From: the human T2T-CHM13v2.0 reference genome, Homo sapiens
NCBI RefSeq assembly: GCF_009914755.1
Contig: NC_060929.1
Length of the DNA stretch: 64,000 nt
Strand: one strand, 5' to 3'
Position numbers and translations under genes: made by a program. Shown one piece after another: positions 25,697 through 42,489 of the stretch (within the stretch, counting starts at the first letter, position 1; every line of letters starts with the position of its first letter). The notes beneath the pieces are model-generated. The model was not told the origin of the DNA. It ran no database searches and was given only the letters and a program-made list of their open reading frames with translations.

Positions 25697-27849
25697 GAGA
25701 GATATGATGTAGGATATAGCCCATTTCTAGAAAGATTCTGAGTAATTCTATAAATCAGGATACACTCTTAAAAATCACAGAAATTTAAAATCAAACAATG
25801 TAGGAAGGGAAAAGTAACATTCCTTTTAATTCATACTACAAAAAAAATTGATTTGGTTCAGATTTAGGTCTCCAAGCTAACTAGTAAAAATGGAAATCAG
25901 CCAAAGGGAAAAAAAAAAAGAGGCAAACAGCAAAGGAAGAAAAATGTAAATAAAAGAATAATCCATGATATTATTTGGTGGTAACTGTAATTTATTGCTT
26001 TTTTCTTGCTTTCCCCCTCTCATTTGCTAGTTCTCTTTGGTTCTCTTTTATTATAATACTTTCTCTCTATCCTCTCTTATTTAAATCACATATAGCAGAG
26101 AATTAAACATTTTTGTTGTATGTTACATTGATCAGATAGGGTCCTACATTTCCTATTCTTAATTTTTAAAATGAATGATTGAGTTTGTATTCCTTTTCAT
26201 GTATGTACTTTATTCATTATTTTCTGGGAGTCAAGGTTCCTTATGCTCATGTGGATAATTCCTAAGTGAAATCAAGACTAAGTGCAAGTGGGCATCAGGT
26301 GGAATAACCATAGGCTGCTTCTACCCAAAACAATTTGAGTGTTAACTTATTTGTAATTTTCAGAGAACTGAAGGCTTCAGTTTTCCAAGATGAATCTGTT
26401 AACTAACTTGCCTGGAAATCTTTCAACTAAATGTTCTCAAAAAAGAAAATACTCTGAATGAAACAGGAGACACTGAAAACCTTTCCTTCCCACCACCAAC
26501 CCCCACAAGCAGAAAGCTACCCAGGCTCAGTGAGTTGCCCATCAGCTGTGTTCCCAGGTCTCAGTTGCATTGCCATCTTTTCAGATCAGTTCTATCAATA
26601 CCAGATGTACCATCCGGATACATGCTCATTAGTCATATGTTTTAAAACGAGCCCAGTTCTCACACCCACCCAATGGTGGGAACGGAAATGATTACTCTGG
26701 GCACCATGACGGTGTGACTGTGAAAGCAACTGTTTGGTGTTAACTGATTTGCATATTGGTGGAGAACTCCCAGAGTCCTGTTTTGGGGTAGTCTTTCCTG
26801 TTTCTGCAGTTCTACATACAGTGCTGCTTCTCGGGGATGGAGGCTAGATATCGAAGCCGTTTCAACCCACCCTGTTTAAGGGAGCAGTGCCTCTCATCAC
26901 TCTGTCTCAATCTAATCACATGAACCCTTAAAAGCAAAGGGAGCAGCTACTCTGGAAGCTTCAGTGCCACAGGTAATGCATTCAGAGCCCAGGACTAAAT
27001 CTGAGGGTCCACTAAACTCTAAAAAACAGATGAAAATAATCTAATAGAAAAACATTCCTATAGCCTCATGATAGAAAAACGTGAAGTCTCTTTTCTCTAC
27101 TTCTACCCAGTAGGCAAGCAGTGATTTTATCCTCCAGACATATCATATCCCCTGGAAAGAAGGGAGCTATTTGTTTCTGAAGTCTACAGTCATGGGAATA
27201 AGCAGTTAAAAATGTGGGTTTTTCCAATTTCAAGGTGAGAAGGATTTTGTAAAGACATGGAGAATTAAAATCAAAGTAGGTTCTTCCAGTGGCAGAGACC
27301 AGTGCCCTCTCCCCAACCCAGTACTCCAGGAGATGCTAAGATTTTCTCATGAAGCTGGGAGGTGGATTTACGGGGACTAAACCTGGAAACACAAGACTAA
27401 GAGGTCCATGTTTAAACTTCACATGGCAGAACTGGGAGTGAAACAAATGGATTTTTAAGCAGAATAATTACATGACTTCAAATGGAACATAGTTTGGACA
27501 ATGAGCAGCTTATCAGCAACAGTAAGATACGGAGCCTAGAGGCCCTCGGGGACTTCCTGAACAGTATAAGAAGCCTCCCATTCTTGGATAACACCAGTGG
27601 GTAGAAGGAAACCCCCAAACATGCTTTAAATATTATTTATTACCAGATAGCCCTATGAAGACTCAGAACCAAGTATAATTTAAAGAAGAGAAATAAGATA
27701 AACATTGTTTCTTGCACCCAAATACTGTGGATCAAATTCATGCTCCTTGAGAAAATGATCAGGACAAACCTTATATTTTAAATCCCTGAATGACCCTCCC
27801 TGGTTACTTTTACCAAAACTGTTACACCCATACTGCTTAGCATATCCTC

Positions 27850-29300
27850 ATCTGAATCAATCCCCCTTTGGTCCCTTTCCACCCAAAGCTTTCCTCTTAC
27901 CTCTGGAATTCATGGTGGGAATAAGCAAACTACCCTATATATACAAGCTCTTCTTAGAATGGTTCCTCCACCTTTTTATTTAATCAAAATCTGGTCCTGC
28001 CATGAAAACAAAGCATCCATGGATCACCTTCCCAGGAAAGGATATTCTTGTCTCAAGTCTCATGTTGTGGTGGGCAGGTGGCTCTCCTTGTTTCCCATTG
28101 GCATGTCCAATCCATTGTGTATCCACACTCTTACAAACCTCCTATTCTGAGACTATGCCACCTGGCTATACCAGCTTACTCCTGACTCGGAACCTTCCTC
28201 TCCACCCCAACTCTTTTTATCATTTTATGTAATACCAACCTATGAATGGAAACCCTCTGGAACACCCGGAGACACTCAAATTCTTGAGTCCCTTCTTTTG
28301 TAACTTGACTTAACTTCATTCCACCACTCTCATAGTTACACCATGGTGGGACGTTGTCATCACTAAAAATTGTACAGCCTCTCTACTGCTAGCAAACTTG
28401 CTTAACTACTACCACTTTAAAATGTTTCAACCCCAACCTGATTTCTAATCCACTGGGCCTGTCACTTTTTCTCTTTGTCTAGAGCTTTATCCTCCATTTA
28501 CTTTTCTCCTTGTCCCGCTTAGATGACATGCTCCAATGCTATATTTCTGCAAACACCATCAATTCCCTTGCCCCTTCTCTCCCTCCACTATACCCACCTG
28601 GAAAATCTCCCACACTGGAGACAAAGCAACCATTTACCACATCTGTGCCTGCACCCAAACAGCTTAATATTTCTAGAGAAATTCAAATTACCAGAAAAAA
28701 AAGGTTTTCCTTTTAATTTATATCCACATATTGCAAATAGAATCTCAACTCCCTAGCAATTCTATTTGTTACTACAGTAAATTTGATTTCCAGTCTTCTA
28801 AGAAGACTTTTACATGTTCACTTTTCTCCTCAAATTTCCCACCACACACTTGGTCTCAAATGTTGACCTTGCCTCATACTGCACAATACTTCCTCGTCTT
28901 TTTACCACCAGATCTGTAAACATTTGCCCATGTGCACACATATTCCACAGTTTCCCTTTGTTACAATTAAAGAAGTGACCTGTGCTTTGCTAAGGTTTTC
29001 CCCAATGCTTTCACAGGGACTTTGGCTGCCGTAATTCTCCAGCAATATCAGTCTTTCTCCTTCTACTGTATTATTTCCAGCAGCATACAAAAATGCTGTA
29101 ATATATCTTGTCATGAAGAAGACTAAGAGGAGGAAGAGGAGAGAAGAAACTACACCCTTTCATATATCCTGCCAGCCATTGCTCTTCTTTACATGCAAAA
29201 TTTTCTAAAGAATTGCTTGCACATATAATCTCTATAACCTGCTTCCCATCCACTCCTCAAATCCCTTCAACCTGGTATCTTCCCCCATCTTCCTCATATG
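27850..29300 (+). mobile_element. Long degenerate L2 fragment
   Basis: C/T-rich decayed L2 ORF2 and 3' region, e.g. cagcaatatcagtctttctccttctactgtattatttccagcagcatacaaaaatgctg; boundaries approximate. Confidence 0.6.
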
Positions 29301-29646
29301 TTCTCTTTGTTGATAGTGCCTAGAAAAGCTGAGGACTTTTGTAAATTCTTTTCTGATTTACTCTCTTAAAAGCACTATTCATGTGTCACCAGATTCTGTT
29401 TTGATTTTTAAGTAGACAAACACAATATCCGCAAATATGTGATTTTTTTCCAGAATTAGTGACTATTATGTATTTTGTTCTCCTTATTGAACACATTAGG
29501 ACTTCTAGTACAAAATAGAATGGTAGCAACGAAAACAGACAGTCTTGACATAATTCTGACTTCAAAAAGAATGCTTTGTGTGTGATTTTTTGTGTTTATT
29601 TTGAAATGATTTCAGGCTTTTAAAACCTGCATAAATAGTACAAGAA

Positions 29647-29650
<4 letters not shown>

Positions 29651-29684
<34 letters not shown>
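29651..29684. repeat. (AT)17 microsatellite
   Basis: Read directly from the sequence. Confidence 0.97.
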
Positions 29685-29686
<2 letters not shown>

Positions 29687-30093
29687 CAAATGGTAAGAAA
29701 CATTAACATGATTCTAAAGACACAGAGGCATACTCAGAGAAGTGTCACTCTCCCCATGCCTTCTAACCCATTCTCATCTCCTGTCATTTCTATTATATTC
29801 CACTATTCCTATGTTTCTTTTTGTACAATAAGAAGATACATTTTTATTTCTTCTTCTTTCTCACACAAAATGAAATGTACTATATTCTTTTACATTTTAT
29901 ATATTTTTAATTAACAACATACCCTGGACATCATTCCATATTTTTATTCATAGAGATTCTCTTCACTGACCCTCCAGCTTGTGGTTATACCACAGTTTGT
30001 TCAATCACTCTCCTATACATGGGTATTTGTTTCTGTTATTTCACAATTTTAAAAATACTGCCATGAATAACCATGTGCATTTATAATATAATA

Positions 30094-32294
30094 TAATTTA
30101 TAAAGAAAAAGAAGTTTAATGGACTCAGTTCCACATAGCTGGGGAGGCCTTACAATCATGGCAGAAGGCAAAGAAGGAGCAAAGTCAAGACTTACATGGC
30201 AGCAGGCAAGAGAGAGAGCATGTGCAGGGGAACTCCTCTTAATAAAACCATCAGATGTCATCAGACTTATTCATTATCATGAAAACAGCATGAGAAAGAC
30301 CCACCCCATGATTCAATTACCTCCCACTGGGTCCCTTCCATGACACGTGGGAATTATGGAAGCTAAAATTCAAGATTTGGGTGGGGATGCAGGCATACCA
30401 TATCATTCTACCCCGACCCCTCCCAAATCTCATGTCCTCCTTTTCAAAACCAATCATGCCTTCCCAACAGTCTCCCAAAATCTTAGGTCAGCATTAACTC
30501 AAAAGTCCGCAGTCCAAAGTCTTATCTGGGACAAGGCAAGTCCCATCCACCTATGAGCTTGTAAAATCAAAAGCAAGTTAGTTACTTCCTAGATACAATG
30601 GGGGTCCAGGTATTAGGTAAATACATTTATTCCAAATGGGAGAAATTGGCCAAAACCAAAGGGCTACAGGTCCCATGCCAATCTGAAATCCAGTGAAGCA
30701 GTCAAATCTTAAAGCTCTGAAATGATCTCTTGTGACTTCATGCCTCACATCCACATCACTCTGATGTAAGAGGGGGGCTCACATGGCCTTGGGCAGCTAA
30801 ACACCTGTGGCTTTGCAGGGTACAGCTCCCATCGCAGCTGCTTTCACTGGCTGGCATTGAGGGCCTGCAGCTTTTCCAGGTGCATGATGCAAGCTGTATG
30901 TGGACCTACCATTCTGGACTCTGGAGGATAATAACCCTCTTCTCACAGCTCCGCTAGGCAGTGCCCCAGTGGGGATGCTGTGTGGGTGTCCTGAGCCCAC
31001 ATTTCCCTTCTTCACTGCCCTAGCAGAGGTTCTCCATGAGTGCTCCACCCCTGCAGCACACCTCTGTCTGGACATCCAGGCATTTCCATACAGCCTCTGA
31101 AATCTAGGAGAAGGTTCCCAAACCTCAATTGTTGACTTCTGTGTACCTGCAGGCTCAATAACACAAAGAAGCTGCCAAGGCTTGGGCCTTGCACCCATTG
31201 AAGCCATGGCCCAAGCTGTACCTTGGCCTGTTTTAGCCATGGCTAGAGCAGCTGGGATGGAGGGCATAAAGTCCCTAGGCTGCACACAGCAGAATGTCCC
31301 TGGGCCTAGCCCACAACATCATATTTTCCTCCTAGGCCTCTGGGCCTGTGATGGGAGGGGCTGCCACAAAGGTCTCTAACATGCTCTGGCAACATTTTCC
31401 CCATTGTCTTGGTGATTCATATTTGGCTCCTCATTACTTACGTAAATTTCTGCAGCCAGCTTGAATTTCTCCCCAGGAAATGGGTTTTACTTTTCTATCG
31501 CATCATCAGGCGGCAAATTTTCCAAACTTTTATGCTCTGCTTCCTCTTGAATGCTTTGCCACTTAGAAATTTCTTCTGCCAGGTACCCTACATCATCTTT
31601 CTCAAGTTCAAAGTTCCACAGATCTCTAGGGCAGGGACAAAATGTGGCCAGTCTCTTTGCTAAAGCATAACAAGGGTCACCTTTGCTCCTGTTCCCAACA
31701 ATCTCCTCATCTCCGTCTGAGAACACCTAGCCTGGACTTTATTGTTCACATTACTATCAACATTTAGGTCAAAGCCATTCAACAAGTCTCTAGGAAGTTC
31801 CAAACTTTCCCCCATCTTTCTGTCTTCTTCTGAGACTTCCAAATTATTCCAATCTCTGCCTGTTAACCAGTTTCAAAGTCACTTTCACATTTTCGGGTAT
31901 CTTTACAGCAGTGCCCACTCCAGTGCCAATTTACTGTATTTGTCTACTGTCAGGCTGCTAATAAAGACATAGCTGAGACTGGATAATTTATAAAGAAAAT
32001 GAGATTTATGCACTTACATTTCCACTGGCTAGAGAGGTCTCACAATCATGGCAGAAGGCAAATGTGGAGCAAAGTCAAGTCTTGCATGGCAGTAGACGAG
32101 ATAGAGTATGTGCAGGGAAGCTCCCCTTTATAAAACCATCAGAACTCATAAGACTTATTCACTATCACAAGAACAACATGGAAAAGACCTACCCTCATAA
32201 TTCAATTACCTGCCACCGGGTTCCTTCCACAGCACGTAGGAATTATGGGAGCTAAAATTCAAGATTTGAGCGTGGAAACAGCCAAACCATATCT
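30094..32294 (-). mobile_element. THE1B-like element: LTR 30094-30405 (terminal ~50 bp missing), internal, LTR 31935-32294
   Basis: Both LTRs carry gcagggga(a/g)ctcc..ttataaaaccatcag and end ccatatc(a/t); THE1-int lies between them in reverse orientation. Confidence 0.95.
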
Positions 32295-32548
32295 TGTATC
32301 TTCAAGGTAAATTTCTAGAAGTGGAAGTGCTGAGTCAAAAAATAAACATTTTTATGGTTAAAACCTACATTAACAACCTTAAGACTGAAAATATATCCAA
32401 GATCATTTCTAACCACAATAGTATGAAACTAGAAATCAATAAGAGAAAGAATCTTGGAAAGTTCACAAATATATATAAATTAAACATGCTCCTAAACAAC
32501 CAGTAGGTCAAATAAGTTATCAAAACAGAAATTTAAAAATTCCTTGAA

Positions 32549-34157
<1,609 letters not shown>

Positions 34158-34167
34158 GAAAAACCAT

Positions 34168-34524
34168 TGAGATTGTTTGTCTCTGTGTCCCCACCAAATC
34201 TCACCTTGAATTGTAATAATTCCCACATGTTGTGTCAGGGACCAAGTGGGAGGTAACTGAATCATGAGGGCAGGTTTTTCCCATGCTACTCTTGTGATAG
34301 TGAATAAGTCTCATGAGATCTGGCGGTTTTATAAAGGGGAGTTCCCCTGAACACAATCTCTCACCTGCTGCCATGTAAGACAAGATTTTGCTCCTCATTC
34401 ACCTTCCACCTTGATTGTGAGGCTGCTCAACTATGTGGAACTGTGAGTCAATTAAACCTCTTTCCTTTATAAATTCCCAGTCTTGAGTATGTCTTTATTA
34501 GCAGTGTGAGAACAGACTAATAAA
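34168..34524 (+). mobile_element. Solo THE1B-like LTR
   Basis: tctgtgtccccaccaaatctc...gtgaataagtctcatgagatc...gactaata; near-TSD accat/accag. Confidence 0.93.
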
Positions 34525-34550
34525 ACCAGGGAAAGAATCAATATATCTAA

Positions 34551-34857
<307 letters not shown>

Positions 34858-37555
34858 AGAGTTGGTTTTTTGAAAAAAAAAAAAAATTCAACAAATCCTT
34901 AGCTAGACTAAGAAAAAAAAGAGAACTCAAATAAAATCAAAAATAAAAGTGAAGAAATTAAAACATATGCCTCAGAAGTAAAAAGCATCATAAGAGACTA
35001 TTATGAACAATTATATGCCAACAAACTGAATAACCTAAAGGAAGCTGATAAATTCCTAGAATAATGCAACCTTTTGAATAAGGAAGAAAAATAAAGTCGG
35101 AACAGTTCAATAACAAAAGAGACTGAAGAAGTGATCAAAAACCTTTCAAAACAAAAAAAGCCCAGGACCACTTGGTTTCATGGCTAAATTCTATCAAACA
35201 TTCAAAGAATTAAAACAAGTTCTTAAACTCTTCCAAAAAATAGAGCTAGAGTGAACATTTTTAAACACATTTTATGAAATCAACATCACCTTGATATCTG
35301 AACCAAACACATCACAAGAAAAGAAAACTACAGGCCAAACTCTTTGATGAACACTGATGCAAAAAATCCTCAGTAAAATACTGGCAAATTGAATCCAGTA
35401 ACACATCAAAAAGATTATACATCATGACCACATTGGATTTATCCCTGGCATGCAAGTCTGGTTTAATGTATGCAAATCAATCAATATGATACATCACTTT
35501 AACAAAATGAAAGATAAAAACCACATGATCATCTTACTTACATTAAAGAAAAAAGCATTCTATGAAGTCCCACATCCCTTCTTGATTAAAAATTCTCAGC
35601 AGTTTAGGAATAGAAAGAAACTTCCTCACCATAATAAAGGACATTTGTGAAAAACCCATGATGAACATCATAATCAATGAGGAAAAACTGAAAGCTTCTC
35701 CACTTAAATCTCATGCCAGGCAAGAATGCCCACTCTCACCACTTCTATTTGACATAGTACTGGAAGTACCAGCAGGAGCAATCACATAAGAAAAGGAAAT
35801 AAAAGGCATCTGAGTCAGAAAAGTAGGAGTATATCTCTATTTGCAGATGACATGATCCTATACATAAAGAAAAAAAAAGATTCCACAAAAAATGTGTTAG
35901 AACTATTAAGTGAATTTATTAAATAGTAGTGTATAAAATCAATGTGCAAACATCAGTAGCATTTTTATACACAAATAACCTACTGGATAAAGAAAACAAT
36001 CACTTTTATGATAGTATCAAAAAAACACAAAAAAACTTAGAAATAAATTTAATCAAGGAGGTAAAAGAACTGTACATAGAAATCTTTATGGAAAAAAGAT
36101 TGAAGAGACAAATAAATGGAAATATATCCTGTATTCACGAAGCCAAAGAATTAATCTTGTTAAAATGTCCAAACTACCCAAAGCAATATACAGATTCAAT
36201 GCAATCCCTATCAAAATTCAAAAATAATTCTGAGAAAGAAAAAGTTGGAGGCATCACACTTCCTGATTTTGAATTATATTACAAAGATATAGTAATCAAA
36301 AAAGTATGACACTGGCATAAACACAGACACATAGACAGGTGGAATAAAATAGAGAACCCAGAAATAAATCCACACATATATGGTCAACTGATTTTTGACA
36401 AGGGCATCTAGAGGATCCAACGGGGAAAAGATAGTCTCTTCAATAAATAATGCTGATAAAACTTGATTTCCAAACACCAAAGAATGAAATTGGACTCTTA
36501 TCTTATACCATACCCAGAAATCAACTAAAAAATGGGTAAGACCTAAATATAAGATCAGAAACTAGAAAACTTCTAGAAGAGAACATAAGGAGAATGCTTT
36601 TGGACATTGGTCTTGGCAATAACTTTTTAGATATCATACTGAAAGCTCAAGCCACAAAAGTAAAAATAAGTATGGGACCACACTAAACTAAAAAGCTTCT
36701 GCATCACAAAGGAAGCAATCAACAAAACAAAATGGAAGCCTACAGATTGGGAAAAAGTATTTGCAAACCATGTATCTGATAAGGGGTTAATATCCAAAAT
36801 TTATAAAGATTTCATACAACTCAATGGTAGAAAAACAAATAACATGATTAAAAATGGGCAAAAGACCTGAACAGACTTTTCTCCAAAGAAGACATCAAAA
36901 TGGTCAACAGATACAAGGAAAAGGTGCTGAACATCATTAATTATCAGGAAGATGGAAATCAAAACCATTATGAGTACCATCTCATACCCATTAGGATGGG
37001 TATTATCTAAAAGTTAAAAAGTAACAAATATTGACAAAGGTGTGGAGAAAAGAAAACTCTTGTACACTGTTGGTGGAAATGTAGATTGGTACAGCCATTA
37101 TAGAAAACAATATATAGGTTTCTAAAGAAATTAAACATAGAACTAGCATATGACCCAGCAATCCCTCTTCTAAGCATATACCCAAAGGAAATGAAATCAC
37201 CACCTCATAAAGATACTGTCCATCATCATTCACAGTAGACAAGTTGTGAAACAACCCAAGTGTCTGTCAATGGATAAGTGGATAATCCATGGTATATGTA
37301 TACATGCACTAAAATATTATTCAGTCCTAAAAAAAAAATGAGATCTTGCCATTTGCCACAACATAGATGAGCCTGGAAGACATTATGCTAAATGAAATAA
37401 TCCAGACACAGAATGAAAAATATTACATAATTTCACTTAAACATGAAATCTAAAAAAAAATGTTTTCAAATATACAGAGATAGAGAACAAAACAGTGGTT
37501 GTCAGGGGACGGTGGGGAGATGTAGGTCAGAAGACACAAAGTAGATAATATGCAT

Positions 37556-37746
37556 TGCCAGGCATAGCTGTAATCCCAGCTACTCAGGAGGTTGAAGAGG
37601 GAGGATCACGTGAAACCAGAAGTTTGAGACCAGGCTGGGCAATAAAGCAAGTTTTCTTCTCTAGGGAAAACATTGGGCATGGCTTTAGTGAGCTATGCCA
37701 GCCTGGGTGACCCCATCTGAAAAAGTGAGACCCCATCTGAAAAAAT
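37556..37746 (+). mobile_element. Degenerate FLAM/AluJ-like fragment inside the L1MA 3' UTR
   Basis: ctgtaatcccagctactcaggagg...gagaccaggctgggcaa; duplicated gaccccatctgaaaaa. Confidence 0.75.
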
Positions 37747-38149
37747 AGTGGTTAATATGTAGGATGAGCAAGCCTAAAAATATAATGTATGATATAAAGA
37801 CTACAGGTAATAAAATTGTTCTGTATTTTGAATTCATGCAAAATGAGTAGATTTTAGTTGCTCTTGCCACAAAAAAAAATGGGTAACTATGTGAGACTAT
37901 ATATATATATTTCAGTGCAGGAGTGAAATTCTATTAAAAAGCTTTAGAACAGTAAGGAAAGGAAAGAAAAGAAGGAAAGTACAACTTGGAAGAGGGCCAA
38001 ACAGGTGACTTGAGAAATCAAGTGCACCAACAATAAATATATTAATGTGCTTCACTATAGTAACTTTTTGCTATCTGTATGTATCCTATAACATCATGTT
38101 GTATACCTAAACATACAAAATAAAATTTATTTTTAAAAGAGAATTTTTA

Positions 38150-39990
<1,841 letters not shown>

Positions 39991-40004
39991 TGTTTAAAGT
40001 TATG

Positions 40005-40301
40005 GGCCGGGCGCAGTGGTTCACGCCTGTAATTCCAGCACTTTGGGAGGCTGAGGCGGGCGGATCATGAGGTCAAGAGAGCGAGACCATCCTGGCCAAC
40101 ATGGTGAAACCCCGTTTCTACTAAAAATACAAAAATTAGCTGGGCGTGGTGGCGGGCGCCAGTAGTCCCAAATACTCAGGAGGCTGAGGCAGGAGAATTG
40201 CTCGAACCCGGGAGGCAGAAGTTGCAGCACCGAGATTGTGCCACTGCTCTCCAGCCTGGGGACACAGTGAGACTCAGTCTCAAAAAAAAAAAAAAAAAAA
40301 A
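40005..40301 (+). mobile_element. Alu (AluSc-like)
   Basis: Full body, long A tail, TSD AAAGTTAT. Confidence 0.97.
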
Positions 40302-41149
40302 AAAGTTATATATTGGGACCCCTAGTTACTTGAAGGATAGCTTGGCTGAAATGAATTTTTAGTTCAAACTTTTTTGGAGTCTGTTGAAAATTTTTTGTTG
40401 TTGTTTTTGAGGAATCTAATGTCAGGTTGAATTCTTTGTTTTTGTATTTGATCTTTACACCTGAATCCTTGAGGATTTTTTTATATTAGAAGTCTAATCA
40501 TCTTTCTCAGATATGTCTTAAGGTTAATTTTTCTTGGTTAATTTCCAGATGTTCAGTGATGTCTTAATATATGGATCTGGATTTTATTTCTGAAAGTTAT
40601 CTTGAATTATAGATTTAAAAGTTAGTTCTATTCTGTTGCTCTGTTTCTCCTCCTACAAATGTTTTAATTAAGCTTTTATTGTTTCTTCTTTGTCTTCCAT
40701 TTCAACCACTTCCTTTCTGACTTTTTTTTACTTCTATCCATATCCTGTATTTGTTCTCTGGGTTGTTTTCTATGTTTCTTCAATGCTTCTTTCAAAATTT
40801 CCTTTTGAGCCTATTCTCCCTCGGGCAACTTGTAATTTAGTCTCTATTTGTGATGTGATATGGTCCTTTTTCTTCTATTTCTTTCCAGAGTTTAATCAAG
40901 TCTCTTTTCATTTCTTTCTGTGGTTTTGTCTATTTCTGTTTTTAATGTTCGCATTTTTTATTCAAGATAAGTTTTCATACCCAAATGCTTGTTTGAGTAT
41001 ATTGCATCAGTTTGGAGTATTGCATTACAGTTTCTTATGCTTCTTAGTTGCTTTGTTTGTTGTTCTTTTGTTCGAATAAATGAATTTTTATCAACTAAGG
41101 TAGATTGACTCTCATTTTCTAATTCAGTAACTTTACATAGATTTATTCA

Positions 41150-42340
41150 CACAGGAAACAAAAGCAAAAATAGACAAATGGGAATACATCAAACTTAAAA
41201 GCTTATTCTGTGCAGCAAAAAAAAAAAAATCAACAGAGTGAAAAGACAAACTGCATAATGGGAGAAAATATTTGCAAACTGCATCTGACAAAGGGTTAAT
41301 ATCCAGACTATATTAGGAACTCAACAGCAACAACAACACAAAAATCTGATTTAAAATGATCAAAAAACCTGAATAGACATTCCTCAAAAGAAGATATACA
41401 AATAGTCAACAGATATATGAAAACATGCTCAACATCACTAATCGTCAGGGAAATGCAAATACAAAACACAATTAGATATCACCTCATTCCAGTCATAGTG
41501 GCTACTATCAAAAATCAAAAGATAAGTGTTGGCAAAGATGTGGAGAAAAAGGAAGCCTTACACCCTGCTGGTGGCCATGTAAATTAGTACAGCCATTATG
41601 GAAAACAGCATGAAGTTTCCTCAAATAATTAAAAATGGAACTACCATATTATCCAGTAATCCCATTACTGGGTATATATCCAAAGGAAATGAAATCAATA
41701 TGTCAACAAGATATCTGCATTCCCATGTTTATTGGGGCATTCTTCACAATAGCCAAAATGTGGAATCAACCTAAATGTCCATCAACAGATGAATGGTTAA
41801 ATGAAATGTAGTATATATACACAATAGAATACTATTCAGCCACACACACACAAAAAAAATAAAAATAAAATCCTGTCATTTACAGCAACATGGATGAACC
41901 TGGAGGACATTTTAAGTGAAATAAGCCAGGCACAGAAAGTCAAATATGCATCACCCATATGTGGAATCTAAAGAAGGTGATTTCATAGAAGTAGAGAGTA
42001 GAATGGTGATTAATAGAAGCCAGGGAGGGGAGGGAGAAGGGATAGATAGGAAGAGATTGGTCAATGGGTACAATGTCACAGTTGGATGGGAGAAATAAGT
42101 TTGAGTATTATAGCATAGCAGAGTAACTACGGTTAATAATATTGTATTGCATATTTCAAAACAGCTAGCAGAAAGGATTTTGAATGTTCTCACCACAAAT
42201 AAATGACAAATGCATGAGGCAATAGTTACCCTAAATATTGATTGTATTTTTTACACAATGCATACATGTATCAAAATGTCACACAGTACCCCGTAAATAT
42301 GTACAATTATTATGTGTCAAAAACAAAATTTAAGAAAAAA
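41150..42340 (+). mobile_element. L1MA 3' ~1.2 kb
   Basis: caaaagcaaaaatagacaaatggg through cacagtaccccgtaaatatgtacaatt; TSD-like acatagatttattca/acatatttattca. Confidence 0.92.
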
Positions 42341-42489
42341 ACATATTTATTCAGTTATTTTCTATTCATTTTGTGAGTTTGAGGTGGGTTTCTAGATTTC
42401 TAATTCAATGTCACAATCTTCTACTAGTAAGCAATTTCTTGTTTCTTTAGTTGATGAATTTTAGTGTTTCTGTTTATCCATTCTCTTAA

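Noticed and set aside
26702-26727. PSE-like sequence suggesting an snRNA gene
   Set aside because: Wrong position relative to the octamer, and no recognisable snRNA body nearby.
35450-36309. ORFs with L1 ORF2/RT similarity
   Set aside because: Frameshifted remnants of an old L1MA; not functional.
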